DNA of 32,000 nt from assembly GCA_025340205.1 (NCBI GenBank), contig CP006868.1, positions 1,260,001 to 1,292,000 on the forward strand, given 5' to 3'. This document shows, one piece after another, positions 24,116 through 30,566 of this stretch. The position numbers and the translations under genes were made by a program. The stretch comes from Ignicoccus pacificus DSM 13166. GTDB lineage: Archaea; Thermoproteota; Thermoprotei_A; Sulfolobales; Ignicoccaceae. Position 1 is the first letter of the stretch. Every line of letters starts with the position of its first letter. Below the pieces are notes generated by a model, which saw nothing but the letters and a program-made list of their open reading frames with translations, did no database searches and was not told the origin of the DNA.

Positions 24116-25656
24116 CTCAACAGGGCCAGCTTGTTGTAGGGCAAGGGTATTCCTCCATCTATCCCTCCATAAGTGAAGAACCACTTGACGTTTGCGCTAG
24201 GTAAGGTAAGCACGTACTCATAGGGGTAGTAGAGCGCTATCCTCGGAAGCTTCTTCGCTATTACCACTTGAGCCTTCTTGGCGTATTCTATGGCCTGCTT
24301 CACGGTTGGAGAGCTAGTTATTTCCTTGACGATCCTATAATACTCCTCGTCCTTCCAAGGAGTCCCGAAGACCTTGAAGAACCAGGATAAGGCGGTAGGA
24401 TCGTTCCCATCCGCTCCGTGGCCGTTTATCTCCAAGTCGAAGGCCCCTCTCCTAACGACTTGATCCAACTGTTTCATGCTCTGAAGGGTCTTGACTTCAA
24501 CGCATATTCCCACCTTCTTCAACATATCCCTTATTATTAGGGCTTCCTGCAGATAGTTCTTGGTTGTAACCAGTAAGGGTCTCCAAGTCCTTCCGTTAAG
24601 CTCCCTGCACCCATCTCCATTAACGTCCCTTATTCCCAAGGAGTTTAGGATCTCCTCAGCTTTGGTGGGGTTGTAGGGATACTTGGGAACGTCGGGGTTG
24701 TAGAAGTAGCTGTAGGGAGGAACGTAATTGGGGGTTCCCGGTATCGCTGCCTCAAGACTCCCGACGGCCTTCAGCACCAGTTCCTTCAGATTCAATGAAT
24801 ATGCTATGGCTCTTCTAAACTCAGTAACGTTGTAAGGGTACTTATCCAAATTGAAGCCCAGGAAGAGGACCCAGTACATGGGACCCTTCTGAACCTCGAG
24901 ATTCGGGATTCTCATCTTTGCAAACTTTATCAGCCTCCAAGCCTTCCCCATTAACGCAACCGTGTCTATCTCCTTGTTTACTAGAGCTGTTACCGCTGCC
25001 CTAGCGTTGAATATCCCAGACGTCACCACCAGTAGCTTCTCGAACTTCGGCTTGGGGCCCCAGAACAAGGGGTTTGCCTTGAAGACGTAGCCTAATTGCG
25101 GAGAGTAGCTCGCGAAGAGGTAAGGGCCGCTTCCGATGAACGCCTCCTTCGACCTGAAGGCATAAGGGTCCTTCACCTTTTCCCATATGTGCTTTGGAAT
25201 AATGAATACCGTCGAGGCTATCTGATCTAAGAAGAAGGGGTTCGGCCTCTTGAGGACTACCAAGACTGTTGTGGAATTGAGAGCCTTTACGTAGGCTATT
25301 GAGTCCAAGGACCTCCACGTCCAATGATGTTCCTTAAGGTAGTTGAACGTGAAGACCACGTCTTGGGCCGTTATTGGCACTCCATCGCTCCAGTAAGCCT
25401 TCCTCAGATGGAAGACCCAAGCTGTGGAGTTGAGCTGCTCCCAGCTCTGGGCGAGCCAAGGAATTATTCCGGTTGAGTTCTTCCAAGTCAAGGTATCGAA
25501 GACGAAGCTCGTTATTACGTAACCAGGACCCCTTGGGTAGAAAAGGAAGGGGCTGGGAAGTCCCCAGTTTCCGAGGCCTATTCTCAAGGTAGAGGCAAAG
25601 GCTATAGCGGATATCAGCAGGAGAGCTTGTGCAACCTTCATCTTGATACGCCGCAC
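24112..25656 (-). CDS. ABC transporter substrate-binding protein, family 5 (peptide/nickel/oligosaccharide type)
   Basis: 514 aa with an N-terminal signal/anchor MKVAQALLLISAIAFAS. The length and motifs (GPY.F.sy.p, W.dG.P.Ta.DV.f) are typical of SBP_bac_5. The likely start is ATG 25641. Confidence 0.85.
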   Translation of the reverse strand: MRRIKMKVAQALLLISAIAFASTLRIGLGNWGLPSPFLFYPRGPGYVITSFVFDTLTWKNSTGIIPWLAQSWEQLNSTAWVFHLRKAYWSDGVPITAQDVVFTFNYLKEHHWTWRSLDSIAYVKALNSTTVLVVLKRPNPFFLDQIASTVFIIPKHIWEKVKDPYAFRSKEAFIGSGPYLFASYSPQLGYVFKANPLFWGPKPKFEKLLVVTSGIFNARAAVTALVNKEIDTVALMGKAWRLIKFAKMRIPNLEVQKGPMYWVLFLGFNLDKYPYNVTEFRRAIAYSLNLKELVLKAVGSLEAAIPGTPNYVPPYSYFYNPDVPKYPYNPTKAEEILNSLGIRDVNGDGCRELNGRTWRPLLVTTKNYLQEALIIRDMLKKVGICVEVKTLQSMKQLDQVVRRGAFDLEINGHGADGNDPTALSWFFKVFGTPWKDEEYYRIVKEITSSPTVKQAIEYAKKAQVVIAKKLPRIALYYPYEYVLTLPSANVKWFFTYGGIDGGIPLPYNKLALLR

Positions 25657-25671
25657 ATGAGCCCAAGGAAT

Positions 25672-25680
25672 GAAATTAAA
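25672..25680 (-). promoter_or_regulatory. TATA-like element upstream of the ABC substrate-binding protein gene
   Basis: The minus strand reads TTTAATTTC, about 35 nt upstream of ATG 25641. Confidence 0.3.
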
Positions 25681-25777
25681 GGGCTACGTTTGCAGAATCA
25701 AGTCGGTCAAGACTGACCGATTGATTAGAGGCTAAGGTTAACGCTCTGAAGAACTGGAAGAGATTCGATTGGCCCAG

Positions 25778-26227
25778 TTAACCTTTCAAGTTCTTTCTGA
25801 GCTCCTTTATCCTATTAATTGTTTTATTATATTCCTCAATTAAGTAGTACGCCTCTATCCCACTTTGTCTTGAGTTCTTGACGAGTAGCTTATCGTTAGC
25901 AACTATAATGCTGTTGGTCGCTATTGCAGTAGCTATATAGTAAGCATCCACGGCTCGAGGATGTATGTTGTCGGCAACGTATATTGCCAAGTTGAATATA
26001 TCGTCCTCTTTCAGCAGTTTGAACTTCTTCGATAATTTCAACAGCTTCTCACGCTCAGCCTTGTAACCCAATCTGCGAGAGACCGCTATCAGCTCGACCT
26101 CCATTATCCTCGGAGCGTAGAGGGGAAGGTCTTCTATATATCTAAGAAACTCTAACGCCTTCTCATACCTCTTAGGGTCCTTGTTGAATAAGGCATCTAT
26201 CAAAACGCTCACGTCGAGGACTATCAT
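25778..26227 (-). CDS. vapC: PIN-domain ribonuclease toxin (VapC family)
   Basis: The N-terminus MIVLDVSVLIDAL carries the first acidic residue, and later acidic positions follow (E in MEVELIA, D in AVDAYYIATA, ANDK). It is 149 aa, and its start overlaps the stop of the upstream small gene by 4 nt. Confidence 0.85.
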   Translation of the reverse strand: MIVLDVSVLIDALFNKDPKRYEKALEFLRYIEDLPLYAPRIMEVELIAVSRRLGYKAEREKLLKLSKKFKLLKEDDIFNLAIYVADNIHPRAVDAYYIATAIATNSIIVANDKLLVKNSRQSGIEAYYLIEEYNKTINRIKELRKNLKG

Positions 26228-26421
26228 TTCCTCATTTCCTCTAGGACCTTCACTGGATCTTCTACCTTGGGAGTCTCGTCTCTAAGGTCCTTTATGAGTT
26301 CCACAAGGCTTCTTCCTCTCTCCTCAATACTAATGAATACCTCTTCACCTTCCTTGAGGTCTATCCTTCCTAAAGGCTTTAGCACTCCGTCCTCATACCT
26401 GGCGCGAACGAACTTACTCAT
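26224..26421 (-). CDS. DUF104/AF2212-like antitoxin (VapB-type partner)
   Basis: 65 aa. FVRARYEDGVLKPLGRIDLKEGEEVFISIEE is the typical DUF104 swapped-hairpin-like N-terminal module. It is translationally coupled to the PIN gene. Confidence 0.7.
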   Translation of the reverse strand: MSKFVRARYEDGVLKPLGRIDLKEGEEVFISIEERGRSLVELIKDLRDETPKVEDPVKVLEEMRK

Positions 26422-26559
26422 ACTGAGCGACCCGGGTGTCTATATCTGCAAGTGAGTACTGATAAGCTTAAACAGGGCTTGCGAGCTCTCAAAGAGTAAA
26501 CTAGAAGGTACTTCATTCAAATAGCGGTGGGAACATTGGGGTAAGATAGGTCGTGGGAG

Positions 26560-26748
26560 ATGGTATGTGGTAGTGCGCTAAGGGGACTTACCTTGGATCC
26601 GTCCGTGGATCCCCAGCTCCGCAAGCTGGTCGCTGAGTACTGTCCCCTCCTTGAGGCCCTCTTCTACGAGGACTACATAAATGAGGCTATAAGGAATAAG
26701 GATTATGAAAGGATTTGGATGATGCTCAACGAGATAATGTATTTCTGA
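26560..26748 (+). CDS. possible small hypothetical protein
   Basis: 62-aa ORF with a helical-looking sequence (DPQLRKLVAEYCPLLEALFYEDYINEAIRNKDYERIWMMLNEIMYF). An ORF of similar length on the opposite strand competes with it, and it overlaps the 3' end of the wHTH gene. Confidence 0.25.
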   Translation: MVCGSALRGLTLDPSVDPQLRKLVAEYCPLLEALFYEDYINEAIRNKDYERIWMMLNEIMYF

Positions 26749-26962
26749 GCTCGCCGAGCATGTCTTCGAGCTCTTCCAGCGCCTCCAATCCTTCCTCCTT
26801 ACACTTAGCAATGGTTCTCGGTCCTGTAAGGGTAAGTACCTTCTTCATCTCAATTAGCTCCTCCTTCTCCATCTTTTCCAAGCAGTCCCATAGCGTCGAC
26901 CTCTTCAAGTCGCTAAGCCTCATCAATTCGGAGAAGCTTATCGGTCCGTTAACACATATCAC
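26726..26962 (-). CDS. small winged-helix (ArsR/PadR-like) transcriptional regulator
   Basis: GPISFSELMRLSDLKRSTLWDCLEKMEKEELIEMKK...TGPRTIAKCKEEGLEALEEL is a wHTH with a wing. The first canonical start (GTG 26962) truncates helix 1. The frame stays open 20 codons further upstream (see finding). Confidence 0.65.
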   Translation of the reverse strand: MICVNGPISFSELMRLSDLKRSTLWDCLEKMEKEELIEMKKVLTLTGPRTIAKCKEEGLEALEELEDMLGELRNTLSR

Positions 26963-26990
26963 TATAAGCGCTATGAGGCATTGTATCGAT

Positions 26991-27599
26991 CTAATCCTTT
27001 TTAACTTCGACGTATGGCATCACCTCGTACACCCCCCTTATCAAGTGTAGAAGCACGGCGAAGGAGTAGGTGGTGAGCAAGGAGGTGGTGAAGGCGCTCC
27101 ATTGATCCGTGAAGAAAGAACCTATATACGTCAGCACCAACAAGCCTATCGCTGTTACGACCTCTATCCATCTGGAGTCGTACTTCCCGGTCAAGGCTAC
27201 CGTTAGGAGGAAGCCGGAGGTGGCTATGGCGACCGCCAGCGCTTGTAAGTACTCAAACGTCACGCTGGATACTATGAATGCCATGATCAAGAACAAGTAC
27301 TTTTTCCTAGACCTCCTCATCCACAGCTTTTCCCTCATCAGTTTTACGGTCCACACGTAAGGCACGAAGCCCAAAATCCACGAGAATTGAGCAAATGCAA
27401 TTATCTTGGTTACGCTGTACAGATACATTCCAAGCGAGATGAAGGGGAGCCAAGAGGCGTAGGCTATGGCGCTGAGCCTCTCCAGCTCCGCCCTCCTAAG
27501 CCTTTCGATAGCTCCCTTCAAGCTCTCCAAGGCCCTTCCCGGTTTTCCTGAGGAGCGACGGGAGAAGAGGGGCGGGGGAGCTCCGGTCTCCCGGATCAC
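26991..27599 (-). CDS. uncharacterised 4-5 TM membrane protein
   Basis: 202 aa. The GTG start overlaps the upstream stop (GTGA). A basic, helical N-terminal cytoplasmic segment is followed by hydrophobic helices (WLPFISLGMYLYSV, ILGFVPYVWTV, YLFLIMAFIVSSV, AVAIATSGFLLTVAL, VVTAIGLLVLTYIG, LLTTYSFAVLLHLI). Confidence 0.65.
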   Translation of the reverse strand: MIRETGAPPPLFSRRSSGKPGRALESLKGAIERLRRAELERLSAIAYASWLPFISLGMYLYSVTKIIAFAQFSWILGFVPYVWTVKLMREKLWMRRSRKKYLFLIMAFIVSSVTFEYLQALAVAIATSGFLLTVALTGKYDSRWIEVVTAIGLLVLTYIGSFFTDQWSAFTTSLLTTYSFAVLLHLIRGVYEVMPYVEVKKD

Positions 27600-28381
27600 C
27601 TCTCTAAGTAGATCTTTACGGTCCCGAAGGAGCTCCTTCCCCTTATCTTAATCACGTTCTCCCCGCTTCCGAAGCTCCCCGAAGAGGAGCTCCCATTTGG
27701 GGTCACGACCAATGCTGTTCCGAAGGAGGCCTTCAGATCGTATTCAACCCTAGCGTTTTGGGGTATTTTCAATGTGAGCACCACTGTGCCCATGTCCGAG
27801 CTCAGCTCTATTTCGGAGGTGCAGTTGGAGGGAACATCGTAGGTCAGTCTGGTAGTTCCCATAGTGTTCTTTATTTCCAAGGTCTTCACACAGCTCCTTA
27901 TTTCGCCCTTGATGCTGCTCATGACGTTCTTGAGCTTGAGCTCCTCGGGATCCTTGAGCCCTATCTTCATTGAAGAGCAGCATAAGTCCATAGAACAGCC
28001 CTTCGAGACGTTGCTTCCTACGGGAACGCTCCCCTCGTAGTATCCCCTCTCCCCGGTCTCCAAGGATATGGAAGACATGCTGGCAGTTAGTTTGAACTTG
28101 GTACAGTTTAAGGTTCCTGATACGAACGTTGTTTCCCTGTGAACGGTTATGGAAAAGGAACCGCTCAACGAGGTCACGAGCGCTATAATTGCAATTGCCA
28201 ATACTACAGCTGACTTGAAGGGGACTCCTAAGGCCACAGCTACGCCTACTGCTATCAGAACGGATCCTATGAGGACCTTAGGGCTTACGGGAGGCAGTAG
28301 CTTTACCCCAAATATTATCGCTACTCCGCTCAGGACGAAGAGTATGCCACTAATTACGTTTATCAAGCTGTTTAGATTCAA
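27596..28381 (-). CDS. membrane-anchored beta-rich protein, DUF4097/LiaF-C-terminal ('putative adhesin')-like
   Basis: It has three N-terminal TM helices. They are followed by repeated short beta-strand units with the s.G.i.l pattern (SMSSISL, SSMKIGL, MSSIKGEI, TMGTTRLTY, DMGTVVLTL, SFGTALVV, SFGTVKIYL). This looks like the beta-helix repeats of DUF4097/DUF2154 proteins. TTG start. Confidence 0.55.
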   Translation of the reverse strand: MNLNSLINVISGILFVLSGVAIIFGVKLLPPVSPKVLIGSVLIAVGVAVALGVPFKSAVVLAIAIIALVTSLSGSFSITVHRETTFVSGTLNCTKFKLTASMSSISLETGERGYYEGSVPVGSNVSKGCSMDLCCSSMKIGLKDPEELKLKNVMSSIKGEIRSCVKTLEIKNTMGTTRLTYDVPSNCTSEIELSSDMGTVVLTLKIPQNARVEYDLKASFGTALVVTPNGSSSSGSFGSGENVIKIRGRSSFGTVKIYLER

Positions 28382-28506
28382 TCCCTAACACCCCCTAATC
28401 CCTTCACCAGCAAGTAAACGCCCAGACCTACCAAGAAGGAGGAGAAGAAATCGTTCGTAAGTGCTAGCATTATGCCAAACGCGATGAGTCCCGCTCCCTC
28501 GGCCAT
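28378..28506 (-). CDS. possible 42-aa hydrophobic peptide (below the ORF-track cutoff)
   Basis: My own translation is MAEGAGLIAFGIMLALTNDFFSSFLVGLGVYLLVKGLGGVRD. Its TGA overlaps the TTG start of the next gene (TTGA). An alternative in-frame TTG lies at 28524. Confidence 0.3.
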   Translation of the reverse strand: MAEGAGLIAFGIMLALTNDFFSSFLVGLGVYLLVKGLGGVRD

Positions 28507-28564
28507 CCTCTTGTAGTCCCTCAACTCCTCTCGCCTATCACTATGTATCAAAGCTACTTAAGCA

Positions 28565-29563
28565 TTGAAAAGGGTCCGGAAAGTCGGAGGGGAAGGTTTA
28601 TTTTACCGTCCCACTTCCCTGGGACGGTCGATGCCTATTGTGTGGGTGGGAGACGCTATAGGCAACACTCCCGCAGTCACTTTGAATAACATTGATACCT
28701 CTCCTGGTAAGGTTTTGATAAAGCTGGAATACGTGAACCCTGGAGGAAGCATTAAGGATAGAGCTGCCCTCTTCATGATCCTCGAAGCTGAGAAGAAGGG
28801 AATTTTGAAGAAGGGGATGACTATAGTAGAGCCGTCATCGGGGAACACAGCTCTCTCCTTAGCGATGCTGGCGGCCGCGAGAGGATACAATATGGTCGCA
28901 GTGGTTCCGAAAACCACGAGCTGGCAGAAGGTTAAAACCTTGAAGCTCTTAGGAGCTGAAGTCGTTTTTGCGGAACCCGGTGTTCCCTTAGGTCATCCTG
29001 AGCATCACTACACCAAGGCGAAGAGGCTGGCAGAGGAGAGGGGGTGGGTGATGTTGGATCAATACAGAAACGAGGCCAACATCAAGGCTCACTATGAGAC
29101 CACTGGCCCGGAAATCTGGAGGCAAGCGAATGAAATCATGGGAGGTCTCGACGCGTTCGTGGCCGGAGTAGGGACTGGCGGAACGATCCTAGGAGTGGGA
29201 AGGTACCTAAAGGAAAGAGATCCTAGGATCAAGGTAATAGCAATAGTTCCAAAGAACACCAAGATAGCTCAGTTCTTCGGGCTCGATGGGGAGAGGTTGA
29301 AGCACGATATCGAGGGCTTAACCGCCATGCCGGTAAGCGAGCTAATCAAGAAATACCACCACAAGATTATAGATGAAATCGTGGAGGTCGAAGATCCCCA
29401 CGCCTTCGACTTCGCTAGGGAGCTGGCGAGGAAGGAGGGCTTGTTGGTAGGCCTGAGCGCCGGTGCTAACGCTCTCATAGCCACCAAACTCGCAAGGGAA
29501 AGGGGATGGAAAGTTGCTACCGTTGCTCCCGACGGGGCGATAAGGTATCTGGACAGACTTTGA
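28565..29563 (+). CDS. PLP-dependent cysteine synthase / cystathionine beta-synthase family enzyme (CysK/CysM-like)
   Basis: It carries IGNTP, NPGGSIKDRAA (PLP lysine), SSGNTALSLAMLAAARGY and GVGTGGTI (phosphate loop). The likely real start is ATG 28631 (MPIVWVGDAIGNTP). Confidence 0.85.
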   Translation: MKRVRKVGGEGLFYRPTSLGRSMPIVWVGDAIGNTPAVTLNNIDTSPGKVLIKLEYVNPGGSIKDRAALFMILEAEKKGILKKGMTIVEPSSGNTALSLAMLAAARGYNMVAVVPKTTSWQKVKTLKLLGAEVVFAEPGVPLGHPEHHYTKAKRLAEERGWVMLDQYRNEANIKAHYETTGPEIWRQANEIMGGLDAFVAGVGTGGTILGVGRYLKERDPRIKVIAIVPKNTKIAQFFGLDGERLKHDIEGLTAMPVSELIKKYHHKIIDEIVEVEDPHAFDFARELARKEGLLVGLSAGANALIATKLARERGWKVATVAPDGAIRYLDRL

Positions 29564-29636
29564 ATAACCGTTTAGTTAGTTCCCCCTAATCCAATTTAAA
29601 CTGTTCAGATTTTCTCCTTGGTCACTAGAACAGACG

Positions 29637-29657
29637 GTTATAGGGGAGACCTCTCCC
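29637..29657 (+). promoter_or_regulatory. TATA-like box (TTATAGG) followed directly by the palindrome GGGAGA-CC-TCTCCC, upstream of the glutamate synthase genes
   Basis: Read directly: 29637-29643 ttatagg, 29644-29649 gggaga, 29652-29657 tctccc. It lies 19-39 nt upstream of the TTG start at 29676. Confidence 0.3.
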
Positions 29658-29675
29658 ACGCTGTGGGGCTCTAAC

Positions 29676-30566
29676 TTGTGCGGCATCGCCGGGATCATGT
29701 TCACGGAATCCGGCTCCCCGGTGGGCCAGAAGCTCTACGAGATGCTCAAGAGCCTCCAGCACAGGGGAATGGACTCAGCTGGAACCATAATCTACGGCGC
29801 TAAGAGCACTAAGGACTGGCTCGTGAGGTTCGTGGTGGAAGACGAGCCCGAGGAGGTGGCGAAGAAGATAAGGTACCGCTTAAACGTCATGAAGCATGAC
29901 ATAAAGAAGCTGAACGACGGTAACTTCATGCTAGAGATGGTGATAAGCGGCGATACCAGCACGGAGGAGCTCAAGAACATAATTAGGAAGTACTCCCTTT
30001 CCGTGCTCTCGATAGGCAAGTACTCCATCATTTCCAAGGACGTGGGTCTAGTTGACGACGTTGAGAAGGTGTTCAACTTCTCTAAGCTCAAGGGTACCCA
30101 TGGAATAGGCCACGTGAGGTTCTCCACGGAAAGCGCTGTAGATGCCCTTCACGCCCACCCCTTCCAGACCTTCGACTTCCCCGACATAGCGATCGTTCAC
30201 AACGGTCAGATAACTAACTATTGGAAGAGGAGGGAGCTCCTAGAGCTGGAGGGTCACGTCTTCCAGACCGATAACGACTCCGAGCTGATAATTCATTATA
30301 TTGTGAACAAGCTGAGGAAGGGCTACAAGCTGGAGGAGGCGCTTCACGAAGCAGTTAAGGACTTGGACGGTCCCTTCGCCTTCCTCATCTCCATGCCTGA
30401 GGGAATTGGGATGGCTAGGGATAGGCTCGGCTTGAGACCCTTGGTTACCTCCGAGTATGAGGGTGTTTTCGTGGCCGCCTCGGAAGAGGTGGCTATCAGG
30501 AAGGTACTTCCCGAGAGCAAGATTACCTACTTGAGACCCGGTGAGGTGGAAGTATGGAGGCCGTGA
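29676..30566 (+). CDS. glutamate synthase, class II (Ntn) glutamine amidotransferase subunit (GltB domain 1 homolog)
   Basis: The TTG start is followed directly by Cys: MCGIAGIMF gives the Ntn nucleophile Cys1. Also present are GHVRFST, HP.., VHNGQITN, DSE and GPFAF. Confidence 0.85.
   Translation: MCGIAGIMFTESGSPVGQKLYEMLKSLQHRGMDSAGTIIYGAKSTKDWLVRFVVEDEPEEVAKKIRYRLNVMKHDIKKLNDGNFMLEMVISGDTSTEELKNIIRKYSLSVLSIGKYSIISKDVGLVDDVEKVFNFSKLKGTHGIGHVRFSTESAVDALHAHPFQTFDFPDIAIVHNGQITNYWKRRELLELEGHVFQTDNDSELIIHYIVNKLRKGYKLEEALHEAVKDLDGPFAFLISMPEGIGMARDRLGLRPLVTSEYEGVFVAASEEVAIRKVLPESKITYLRPGEVEVWRP

Noticed and set aside
24121-24184. The N-terminal 23 codons of the TrmO-like ORF as listed in the track (start at 24184).
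   Set aside because: This extension (MVLHLWRDRWRNTLALQQAGPVE) overlaps the SBP gene by 73 nt and does not resemble TsaA N-termini. The GTG at 24115 forms a GTGA overlap with the SBP stop and starts just before the conserved P-x-G-x-V segment.
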